Assembly: GCA_964187785.1 (NCBI GenBank)
Contig: OZ076409.1
Coordinates: forward strand, 41,292,001-41,356,000
Direction of reading: 5' to 3'
DNA from: Amphiscolops sp. MND2022
Taxonomy: Eukaryota
Length of the DNA: 64,000 nucleotides
The notes under the pieces were generated by a model. The model was not told where the DNA came from. It did no database searches and worked only from the letters and a program-made list of their open reading frames with translations. Position 1 is the first letter of the stretch. The number at the start of each line of letters is the position of its first letter. Both the position numbers and the translations under genes were made by a program. Below, piece by piece: positions 50,370 to 62,308 of this stretch.

Positions 50370-51569
50370 TACATGTTCTGTATACTTAAAAAGGAATAGG
50401 CGACATTTACTTCATTTAAATATACCTTTGAGCAACCTGACAATGATGGCATTTTCACTACTTAATTTATTTCTATATCAAATAATTTCGAAATATACTT
50501 CAAAAGTGATTTTTTAGATATATATTTGAAACGTAATCTATATTTACAACGGAATCTATTTCTTTTAATTTTATACATTTACAACGGAAATGACGGCCTT
50601 TTTGTCTTTGAATATACTTTTGAGCCACCTCACAATGGTAGCATTTTCACTACTTACAAAGTAAGGTAGTACCTTCTTTACAAATTAAAAAGCTTCCAAT
50701 AATACTCTAGATGTCATTTATACCATTTTAAACCATTTATACCATGGTTGAGTTTTATACCATTACTAGTTGAGCGCTCAACGGAAAATGAATGTAGTCA
50801 ACCTGATTCTACCGACTATAAACTAGTTAACTAGTCTCATATCTCAACAACTGTTCGCTGACAAGTCAATGCGAACAAGTAGCTGCTCTCGTTATTGGAG
50901 TGTCGGAGCGCCTTAAAATATAGAGCGAGATAATTAGGACAGATCTCAGAAGATCCTCTCTAGTGTCGAGCGGAATCACAGGAGATCTTAGGGGGTTGCA
51001 CCGGACCCGCTAACTTCAAGATGCAGTCCCTCACAAATACAAAAAAGGCATTACCGTTTAGTAATACTCTCTAAGACGCGAAGAAGGATTATCCAAAAAT
51101 TTTCAATCAAAAGCATCCTTAAAATTTTTTGTTTGTTTTGAACGCTTTAGTCTCCGTGTCCTCATCTCCAATTTTTAAACCAAGCGATTCGATTAACGTT
51201 ACTTAAAACTCCATTGGAGCAACATAAACTCACATGATCTGGGAAAGGTTCCTAGGCTGCGCACTCAGAAAGTTGTCATTAGATGGCTGCCCGGTACTGT
51301 AACTTGGAATGGAATGAGTTGAATCTCGCATTTTGATTGGCTGATCCAATGTGAAACTAGCACGCGAATTATTCTTGTTCAAATCCAGGACTCACTCCCA
51401 GGTTGCTACTACAGAGCCTCAGGCTTAGTTGTCTCACGGATCCCGTAATTTGATTTCAGAATGCCTATAAGCAGTCTAAAGCTGCTTGTCCGCGGTAGTT
51501 GGTTAGGTTGTCTTTTTTGTTGTTTTGTTGTTTTCGCCGTAGACGGCGCTCAGCCGGACGAGGCGTCTT

Positions 51570-51775
51570 TCATGTGATGACTTTGATGCTACTATTTAAA
51601 GTGCAATGTTGCAGTTGACAAAAGGGATAGCATTGAAGTGTATTACTAACAAGGTGCCGCTATTTTTCAGCACCGGGATAGTTGCCGCTAAAATTGGAAA
51701 GCATTAGCACGGGTTCGAACCCACGACCTCATATCTGCCATGCAGACACACTACTAACCGCTCCATGGTGACTAG
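51570..51775 (-). mobile_element. tRNA-derived SINE
   Basis: Reverse complement ctagtcaccatggagcggttag...gtcgtgggttcgaacccgtgctaatgc, with a B-box GGTTCGAACCC and an A-box-like segment. Confidence 0.6.
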
Positions 51776-51999
51776 ACTTTACTAAATAGAGGAATAAAGT
51801 GAACATTTGGCAGACTTTGTAAAAAAAAAACGCAACACAAATTATGAATTTCCTCCCCCATTAAATGTGGGCGGAAGATGATAATGTTTGATTACATTCC
51901 TCCCTCTTATCATTGTTAACCTTGTCTTTGAACCCAAACATTTTTGGTGATATATAATGTCATGTAAGTTGGAACCGGTATTCTAGACTGTGAGTACGA

Positions 52000-52900
52000 A
52001 GTGTTGAATTGTGTTACATGTAAATGATGACATATCGAGCATAAGCCGCCCGCACATTCCGATTACGACCACGTGAACAAATGTACGCGCGAAGCCTTTG
52101 ATGCTTTTAAATAATTTTTAAATGTTGACATTATGCACTTTTTAGTTTTGATGAGAGCCTATAATATCAGTATAGTGAAACATTGAAAGTCATCCTTCTT
52201 AGGGTAAATAAACAAGGGCTAACAAAAACTCGGACACAATTCGTTGAATGACAGTGGATGTTGAAAACTGTTCTTTGAAAGGTAAACTAGAAAAAAGACC
52301 AGGAAATTCAATATTATAATCCTGAACAATTCATTAAACAACGAAACAGAATGCTAAACCTAGATGATTTAGAGAGATGGACATTTTGTCCGATAACTAA
52401 AACAAGGACGTAATGCAGGGGAGATTAACTTCAACTCAATTCAAAGAGACCCGAAGAACATAATCAATGCACCAGTTAGCCAAGAGGACTCTGGGGCTAA
52501 TTTTAACCTTCAAGAAAATTCATCACAGGAGAATGAAATTGGGAACATGGAGAGTGAAATTATGAATTCAAGGTCTGATAGGCTGCTAGAGTCTATGGAA
52601 ATACTGTCTAATGAGATGAATCTGAGAATTGTCACAAGAAATAGATTCAATGGTCAGTATGATTCACGCTCAAATGAATAGAGCTATCATTTCTGCAATG
52701 AACGAGAGGGTTATTCCAGAGATACAAAAATTGCTAGTAATTGGTCTGTGAGAGAAAACGAAAATGAGACGGGTACTTCCACTGCGATTAGCCGGATGTG
52801 TCAAATGGCAATTTAACAAAGAAGAACTCTAGATCGACCTCTCACATAAGGAATGAGGCGGATCTGGGTCCTAACAGGGAGTTTTTGTCTGGGATCAGCG
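52000..52900 (+). mobile_element. Gypsy-like LTR/gag 5' remnant
   Basis: Decayed gag-like N-terminal frame resembling those at 36090-36300 and 55250-55740. No intact motif. Confidence 0.3.
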
Positions 52901-54180
52901 ACTGTCATAGCTGCGGGTTATGATATTGGGAGCAAAAAGATCATAAGCTGTAGTATTGAGGTTAACCTGGCAAAATTAAACAGGAGACCTGTTCGAACTA
53001 TTATTTATGCATGAAATACGATTACTTGATAATGCCTAATTAATAAAATGCTTTCCCAATTGAAGTATGTAGATTAAAAGATTAGGCTTTTGAAAGGAAC
53101 ATTTTTTGTGTGCTAGTCGTTCACTTAAAAACGTGTCCCCTATTGAAGGCGTTTTTATGTCTTGTCGAGGCGTCCTTTTGCGCTCTGATCAGTTGTTAAT
53201 TATCTTGCTGATAAGATGTGAACTTATTATTGTTTTAGCATCATTGTCAAATTTTCAGTTTTTTCCGATGACTCAAACGTTTCTTCGCTAAGCATTCTAC
53301 CGAAAAGTATATCTGTTCATACACGTACGCTTCGCCAACGCTAATTTCGGCACTTTCTAAAGATCTTGACTAGAGGAAAATACGGACTATTTTTTGTCGG
53401 TTGAACTAAAATAAAAACTACTTCTTTTTTCCGTGACCACTTTTCAGCTCGTTGCTGTAACGAGTTTCTTGTTAAATTTCATTTTTATTTTGTGTTGACG
53501 CAATTATTGAAATATTTCGCAGTAGTTCTTTATAGAAACCATACATGTTTACTTCGAGAAAAGAAATAGCTTCGAAGCAATACATCAGTGGAAGTAATTT
53601 AGCCCTGTTCAGCTAATCTGAAAATCGACTGCTGAATGACCTCCAAAATTGCGGATCGAAAACAACTCGTAACAAGTGCTTTGAAAAAAAAACAATATTG
53701 ACAAACTGCAGAATAATCAAATGGGGTCTTTTAGAAACAAACAAGGCGTTGAATAACAGAAAAATGTCAAAGACCGAAGTGCGGTCCTCAAGAAAAAGTC
53801 GACTAAGAATCGTGCAGTGCCGAAAACAACCCAAAGGGACACTTTAGTCTCATATTCGAAGATCGAAGACCATAGATTCGAAGATCAGGTATAATTATGA
53901 AGTACCCAAAGGGAGTACCCATTGGTGTTTTTGGGCACGCTTTAGATCTTACGCGTACAGAATGTAAAAAATACCATTGTTTGAGCTCAGTGTTTGTGAG
54001 CTGGAGAGTGCAACTAATTGCCGTTTAAGTCTGGCAAATTTTTAAAAATGAATTACGCCAACTACTAAAAATGCGGCTTTGTTAGTAGTTTTCCTTACCC
54101 ACATTGAACATAACGGAAAATAAAAATCGTATCATGTTACACCAGTTTTTTTAATATATATTTTTTCCTTGTTATTTCAG

Positions 54181-54749
54181 CTGCTGAGCTTCAACATCAA
54201 TTACAAAGCTTCAAGATGATACTATGCGACGAAGCCACGAACCGCGTAATTCGACTTTTGCTTGAGAATTTGAGAGAAGACCAACATTTGGTTCTGTTCA
54301 CCGCAGAAAAAGAAAGAAACGTGGACCAACAGTTTGAACAGTTCTTTCTCAAAACTTGCCTCCGATCCACTTCACAGTTGGCACGGTTCGCAAACACTTA
54401 CCATTTGAGACAGTTAGAAAGTTTCTCAGTACACATAGCTTTTCCATCCAAGACTTTTCACGGTGAACTACCGGAGATAAGGTGGGCAGATGAAAATTCA
54501 AATGAAAATGACTTCATGCAGAAAAGTATCGATGCAATTCTTGAATTTGCTGCCGACCCTATTTGGCTCAGGAATTCGAATCAGGATTTCCAATCAAGAT
54601 TTGATTTCGCTGTTGTGCCATTAATACCTAAAGATCTTCTCCAACGAATATTAGAAAAACTGCCTGCAGATCATTCATGTAGCGTTGACCAAGCCCTGGT
54701 TGAGAAAAAGGCTCTCGTTGCCATATTCTTTAAATATCTAGCAAAGTAA
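54181..54749 (+). CDS. Exon with Walker B (MILCDE) and further SF1 helicase motifs (Schlafen/DUF2075-like)
   Basis: Strong acceptor ttttttccttgttatttcag| at 54180. Phase 1 matches the 34934 donor (…EDLK-P-AELQHQLQSFKMILCDEA). Also LKTCLRSTSQLARFA (L..n.R..I type motif) and FHGELP. The 3' end is uncertain. Confidence 0.75.
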
Positions 54750-55249
54750 TTGAATTTCAGTTGAAAAGTTTTAAAATTTGTGAATCGTCGGGGATTTCCT
54801 GACAACTTTCCCAGCTTGATCATGGAAAAAAACATACAAAAAGCATTTGGTTCACACCAATTCCTAGATATGAAGATTTGGAGATAAATGTGGAGATTAT
54901 TTGGAACATTGGCCAATCAAAAACCCAACAATGCAAATCATACAACGAACATATTAAGGTCATTGTACCTTAAATATATCCTTCACATTGTGGTCGTTGC
55001 ATGGAACAAAAGCTATCCATACTATGGACGTAGATTACATATTTTTCATACAGGTCATTTTGTGATTAACTTAGGATAACGTAGTCAGTTATTGCTAATA
55101 TTGATTGGTTATTCCAGTTATTGGCTATTCTTCCACTCAAGTACCATTCGCTATCAAGGTGAGCAACTAATGGTATACGCCGTTTGTTGGCATCTGACCT
55201 TGATTTGACACTGTTTATTTTCGAACAAAGCACAAATTGTCCAAAAAGT

Positions 55250-55740
55250 GGATCTAACGAAAGAATTTAAGCTGAGTAGATAGTAATTTAGCGGCTCTAA
55301 GCGGTCTATGTAAATTGCGTATTGTACAAATGTATTTTGATAGTACTGCGACGACAAGGTATGGGATGCAGTCGTTGAATGCGAGTTTCATTGATTGATG
55401 GTCAGCTTTCAGTGTGTGGCCGTTGTCAGAATCACACAATGTGTCGTGGTAAACAACGTTTTGTGTGTTCGCTTCCCTGTTTGGAGGGGTATTTCGCTCA
55501 TTATTTGGGTTATTCTGGCTATTCATCTCTATAAATCTCTGGTCATTTCTGATCCTTTCATGATCTCACTCAAGATCTAACAAGTTCGCTCTTTCGACGT
55601 TGTTGAAGGCACTGCGTGAGTTTAATTCTGGGAAATTAGCTTCACTTTCGTTATCACTAATGTAGTCCAGACTTTTCGTTTCAGGTTGGTTACTTCTAGA
55701 CGTTTTTGATCTAGTTAATATCATAAAAAACGATTAATTG
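55250..55740 (-). mobile_element. Gypsy-like gag 5' remnant
   Basis: Reverse-complement similarity to 36140-36260, and ORF 55254-55526. Confidence 0.4.
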
Positions 55741-58700
55741 GGTTTAAGTTGAATTGAATTTTAATGAGATACTGGAATATGAAATTATTTAGAATATACT
55801 GATGAAGGCAGCAACTGTACGATATAAAGAAGCAAGAGTTAATGTGCGCGCGATATCACCTGTTACTGAGAAAACCAATGCTGGTCACCTGACAGCTTCA
55901 GCAAATCATATGACTTTGTTGAGTTGGTGTTAATTAGCACCTTGTATCTGGTAGCGCAATTTCGTCTAATGGTATGAGTGCAGTGATGATGCGTTCCCAT
56001 CGTTACATGAATCATTAAATAATACATATGGTTATCATGAATGAAATAATTTCGCCAAAGTGTGTACTGGGGTATGATGATGTTGTGTTACGATCGTTAC
56101 ATGATTGACTAACTAATATGGACTGTCTAGCATAAATGTATACTTGCACATACTATAATGTTGCAATCGAAGCTATGAACACTTTTAAGTATAGGATTAA
56201 TGAACTCAACATGACTACATTGAAATTGAGCATGGTACCATCGAGTTACTGTTGAAAAGGAAAATGATCACTTCAGGTAAATAAATGATGAATGTATGCA
56301 AAATGGCTGCGTGAGTTAACTGGTTTAGTTTATTGGTATTATTTCACAGAAGGTACATGTAAAATGTTTGAGTTTGTTTTCATGATGCGGTGTTGTTAAA
56401 TGCGTCATCTTCGACTTCTTGTATTTCAATTCGTTCATTCTTCTCTCTGATGGTCATATGATGTGTGTGTGACAGCGTCACTTCTCAATTTCGTGTATTT
56501 CATGGTATTCGTTCGTAGTTTCGGTTTAGTAACGTTTTGTAGGTAGCAGCTTCGATTGTCAGTTATGATTTCACTAGCAGTAGTCATCGATCTTCAATGC
56601 ATTGCCGACGCTTTTTTGTCAAAGCAGCGCATTTATTTGATGTAGACTGACTGACAATTCGTTTTTTTTTTTCAGAAAATTGCACCTCATTGACTCGCTT
56701 GTATTTGTAGTTGATCTGCTAACTCTGTGTGAGATGCGTCTGTGGAATACTGTCAGTGACTCACATCCTAGTTTTCACTGGCAGGTGATGTTTGAATTCA
56801 TAACTGCTACTTGTACGTAAATATTCTACATTGGTCATTGATAATTCGACGGAGTTTTTCAGTGTCGCGCGCGTTCCCTTAATGTATGCCAAATGTTTGT
56901 GCATGCTTCTTCGACGCGTGTTTTACTTCAACGTTGAGAATTTTTTAAATTCGTTTTACTACAACTCCGATTGGAGTGGTGAGCTGTAACGTTAAGCTCT
57001 GGTACAGCAATATCAACCGATTTTGCAACTTTGACATGTTCAGAAATTTTGTCAAAAATTCTAATTCGATGTGTGACGTGGCACTGAGCATGTGATTGCT
57101 CTTTTCGCTGTTTCTACGAAATTGGCAGGTACTTCGACAACAAAGAGCAAGAACGAGCAAAAACACGGGCGCGCCGCCATGACAGAAGCCAAAGACAACA
57201 AGAACATCCGAATATAGACTCTTTTTGATGTGCTAACCCCGGTCTTTATCGATTTTCAGCATTATGCTACCCTATGTAGCAGAAACCGGTAAAATGAGTA
57301 TTTTCGCTTAATTGTCCTTGTTTGGTGCTTGGAGCCCCTGCGCCCCAGCTTTTTAGCTGTGTGGTTTGCCATTCCGATGTGTGCTTTGATGTATTTTTGC
57401 TGGATTTAGCCGTTTGAACTAGCGCCAGCGCTGGTTTGTGCAATTTTAGATCCTATTCCCCATTTTAGATATTTTTCCGATATCAGGTGGAAGATGGAAA
57501 TTTACACTGTTTATTCTTGGCATTGTTTTTAACGGCTGTCTAAACAGTGGTCCCAGGCGAAGGGCCGAGACGGATGCCCGTTATTCTCAGCAGTTACAGA
57601 CTGGGACCAGGCCAGAGAGCGTCCTACAAGACGGTTCCCCCACCTTGGGACTGGCTCCTTCGGAGGGAAATGAGCTAGGGCGGCGGAGATCTTGGTCCCA
57701 GATTATATTCGCTGTTCTAGTTCCTCCACTTTAAGTTGCGGTTCAAGCGCCAGCGCTTATCGTTACATAGAACCTCATTTTTTGGCGACCACAGAGGGAT
57801 CGTCTTGGGAGGCTTTCCCTAGCGGTTTTTAAAAGATCTGGCCCCCTGGTGTTTGACGCCAAGAACGCTTGGACTCTGGAAAGAGATGTTTACCCACAGT
57901 TTTTCCAAATTTTTTAGATGTTACGATGTTATATTTTGGTATTTTTCCAGTATTCAGGGGATATTTCCGAGTACCTTTGGTATGTTTTGATAACAGGTAC
58001 TTGTTGACAGATATCGTCTAAAATTGCAAGGTTCCCATCAGCGGGTCCTCTTTTTTGAAGCGTAGTGGACAGTAGCACTCGCTACTGGTGTTTAACAGGT
58101 TTTTCTAGCTGTTTTTAGTGATTTGCGCTTATGTACGAGAGGTGAAATTGATGGTTGAACCACAGTCCAACCGATCGATAGATGAGCAGAAACGAGTGTT
58201 CCCGACTCTCCTCTCTCATTTCTTCTACAGAGCTCATCGAAAGATGGGATTTGGTGGAAAGGTAAAGCAAGCACTAACGTTGCCGACGGTGCAAACCGTT
58301 TCTCTCTGGCTGGTCTGGATGTTGAGAAAAAAGACGGCGAATGTACCACCCCTCAATCCGGAAAAATCGACATTTTGGAGTGTGGTATGAAAAAATTTTT
58401 CGATTGCGTATTTTTTGATGAGGAATTGTTTGGTCAAGTTAGTTCGTCCGTATTGCAACTCAGTGTGTGCTTTTGCTGCTGTTTTCGGTGAGAAAAGTCC
58501 GATTTTAGGTGCAAAAGTAGAAAAAACGTCGTTTTTGGCATTTTTGAGTGTTTTTCTTGGTACGAGCGCGAGCGCTCAAAGTATTAGCCACAGCAGTTGC
58601 AAAAATGAATAGAAAACAGCCCAAGACCTTGAGAGTTATGCTACATAATGTAACGACAACCAGAAAGGCCGTTGGAGTCCCTTTTGAAACACATTTTGCA

Positions 58701-59149
58701 TGAAAAAACCCGGTTTTTGGCGAAATTGGCAAAAAACCACTACGAAATGCCACTGGGAGAGTGCTGGATTGTGATGTAATTGCCTCTTCCGTGCTGCTAT
58801 TAGTTTGGGGCACACTCCACAGTACCAAAAATAGGATTTAAGAGACTTTGTAACGTTTTCTTGGTGAGAACAGGTCGAAAAACCTTGAATCATCAAATCC
58901 TCTGGGGCATTCAGTGTTTTCGAGACCCGGGAGCCCGCGCGCTCTCATTTTCTGTTTTTATAGTAAAAATAACGCGTGGTGGTGAAATCCGCGTGCAAAA
59001 AATCCCATTCAGTGCTGAGAAAACTGGAAAAACACACTGAATTTGATCAATTTTCCACAAAACCGGACTGTCTCTGAGCTAAGGTCGGGTCGTCAATTCC
59101 TGAACCCTAGCCAAAAAGTGGTTGCATTTTCGTAACCACCGCCAAAACT

Positions 59150-61460
59150 AACGTTAGTGCCGAAAATTTGGTGAGCGTATCGCTCACCAAAGTCGAGAAA
59201 AGCACTCTGACGTTTCGCCTTCAGAGAAGCGTGAGAGGACCGAAAACATCCAAAACTGCAGGACTGTCAGTGCCTTATACCTAACGGGCACAACCAATTG
59301 AGGGTTTATCCCAGTGCTACGGATGGCGGGGCAACACGTTGGTCCCATTTTGCCCGCCGTATCACTTCCTGAGGTGATCCTCTTGGTCAAATTGTGAAAA
59401 AAGTAGTCAAAAACAGTGTTTTTTCGCGTGTAACGTCCATAATAAGTCGAAACCTCAAATAAGCGCTCGCGCTTCAATTCGACCATATCAGTGGCATTGT
59501 AGGTGCCCACTGGCATATACTACCAAGTTTGATGCCGATCTGTGTGATACTTGTCGAGAAAATAGAAAAAACGTGGAGCCCAGAAAAGTGCGCGAAAAGG
59601 CAGTTTTTTCTTAATTTTTCCAAGTAACCCGGGCACCTTGGCCGACGGGTGGGGCTATAATGCAGCCCACCATTGTAACTTGTGCTAGTTCTTACGTTGT
59701 TGCAGAGAATTTGAGCTTGCTAGCTCTTTCCAGTGGACCGCAATCTTGAAAAAGACGTGAAAAACAGTGTATTTCGGTACATAGTGGTACCGCACGTCTG
59801 TACCTAAGTGAAACTGTGTAGAAGGGGCGCAGCTCAAAACTGTGTTCATTTTCGTAAACCTACGTGTACCTAAGATCTGCTGGTCAATTTTGGGCTTGAT
59901 ACAGCGCTTCCAGTGCACACACGAGCCTCTTGAGTGTTGTGGTGCGATTTTTGGAAAATCCAAAAATTCTTTGAAATTCTTCCTGTGGGTGACTGGAGAC
60001 TTTTTGCCCTAAACCAGGTTAATTCTTTGGCTCAGTGTGCTTGTGGAAAAACGCGGTGCAAATTTGATCAGCCTACGAGCCTTAGAACGTGTTTTAAAAA
60101 ATCTTGGACGTTGAAAAACATCAATTTTCTTAAGTCCTCACCGAGACGAGCAGAGAGCCAAATCCTTGAGGAGACCCCCTGCAAGCCTACCAGCGTCTGT
60201 TTCACTATTCTAACAGCGTGGTTGGTGCCCACTGGCAGCGCCTGCTAAGTTTGGGGTCAATTGGTACTGTATCTGTTGAGAAATTGACTAAAACAAATTG
60301 CACGAGAAGGTGCGCAAGAAGGCGAATTCTACGAAGTCTTGTGGGATTGCCTGAACACCTTATTCAAAGAGTGGAGCCAAATTGCTGTCCACTATCGTAA
60401 CCAGTGCAAGTTTATCGTATTTTTGCCGAAAAAACGAGCGTGAGTGCTCTTTGCAGTTCGCCAGAATCTGGGTTGACACGTGAAGAACAGTACATCTTGG
60501 AACACAGTGATACCGAACGTCTGTACTGTGTTGAAATTTCACCTAGTCACCTCAGCACAAAGCTATTATTCCCGTGTACCTCAACTTACATGGGATTGTG
60601 TGGTTGATTTTGAAGCCGATTCTGCGTTTCTAGCGTTAGCGCTAGCCTCTGGAGTTTTTTTTCAAGTGAAACTGAAAAACCCAAAAAATATCTGAAAAAC
60701 CTCTGACCTGTTACTGGATCCTAATACCCCGATTCTGGACTCACTTTTTTGGTCAGTGCATCAATCCGGAAGTGCTGTATAACTTCCAGCACGGTACAAC
60801 CCTTGGAACTAATTTCGACTCTTCTTGGACGTGCATATTCATTGTTTCAGTTCAAGGTTCCACAGAGACGAAAACTAGAGAAGTGGGAAAAAGGTCAGTT
60901 CTACGTGTTGGAAGCCTGTTGAAACCCCTAGTTTGAACTCCCAGCAGTTAGTTCATTGCTGTGCGTGTAATATTTGATCAGTATCGAGTGGGCTGCCTTG
61001 CTGGATCTTAGTATTTTGTTACTTGAAGTTGTGATATCCTGTGTATTGTAACGAATTGGATCATTTTTTGGAACTGTCGGCGTACCATATTGAAAAGTTG
61101 GGACTACATTGCCCTGGACTATTCCTATTAGTGTCAGTTGGTGCACCGTTGCTGAAAAAAGTGAGCTTGAGAGCTCAGCACTGTGGACGAGAGTCTTTGA
61201 TTGCATGTGAAAAATCGTGTCAATCGAGACACGGTGATACGGAACTTCAGTATCAGATCTAAATCTTGCCCAGTGGTCTGAATTCTCATTGGTTGTTACT
61301 GTAGTGTAGCTGGCTATACGTGTGATCGCGTGACCAATTTTGAGCCCGATACCACGTTTCCAGCACTTGTAAAAGCCATTTGAGTGACTTTCGAAAACAG
61401 TTGAAAAATCCAAAGATCGTTGAAAAAGGCTGTAGCTTAGAGCTGGAGGCAATCATCAAC
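59150..61460. repeat. Ancient ~720-bp (possibly 2 x ~360) near-ungapped repeat, at least 3 units
   Basis: Anchors gtg(g/a)ta at 59784, 60507 and 61234; ggtgcccactggca at ~59502 and ~60224; aaaacagtgt at ~59411 and 59761. Confidence 0.7.
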
Positions 61461-62308
61461 TACGGTAGGTTATTTTTCTGACTTGTGTGGCTGACGAAAC
61501 GTGCTGTGTCATTTTTTACCCAGTACGATTGATAAAACTGAATTTGACTCTGTTCAGACACACGTTTTGAACGAAAATCCCAAGAATCCATCAAAAAACT
61601 ATCATTGTAAATCCTCAATACTTCCGCTGTACAGGAGGCAGACCCAAAAAGCTTTCATTTTCCGACGGAACGGACCCAGTAGACCTTCCTGGGTGCAAAC
61701 GAGGCAAATCCCACAGTTCAAAAAAATTGCCGGGGGTCATAAATTTTGGACTCCTCTGGAACTTCGATCCTGAACAGTTCAAGGCAGCAGTTTTAAGTGC
61801 CTGCGACGCACTCTGGACTACATTTTTACTTTTTTCCAAACGAAAATCTCTAGGAGTTACCTTGAGCAGGGTTTTCGACATTCAAAAGAGACCCTGTGAG
61901 TTCCGACTTAGCCAAAATCACGAGATTTTGAGAGGAGCAACTTCCTAGTGACAATACTTTGACCGGATTGCCCGGGTGTGTCACCTTTTTGAACGCTCTG
62001 GTGCCTCATTTTGGTGTTATTCCGCTGTATCGAGTAGCATCAAAGCCGAATATTACGCCAAATTTGCAGAGAACTCTTTTGGGTAATCACAACACATCCA
62101 AATCCATTGAGGTTGAGAGGTCCACGAACCGCTCGACTCTGTTTGGTGCGCACTATCCAACTTGGCTGCAGCAATTTGCTCTAGAGCAAAAGTTTCTGGC
62201 CCACAGAGCAGTGTGCAAAGTGTTTAGCAGTTTTCAGCACGCTGATTGCTAGAAATTCTCTTGACTTTGACCCTGACACTGAACTTGGGTACACAGGTTG
62301 TTCTAGTG

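Noticed and set aside
25178-51775. tRNA genes at ~8215, 25178-25255 and 51701-51775
   Set aside because: Only A/B-box-like remnants are present, without a full cloverleaf or acceptor stem. They are better explained as SINE heads.
56945-57166. Penelope-like RT N-terminal fragment
   Set aside because: Only a faint resemblance (HIELEFLTK). No RT or GIY-YIG motifs are nearby.
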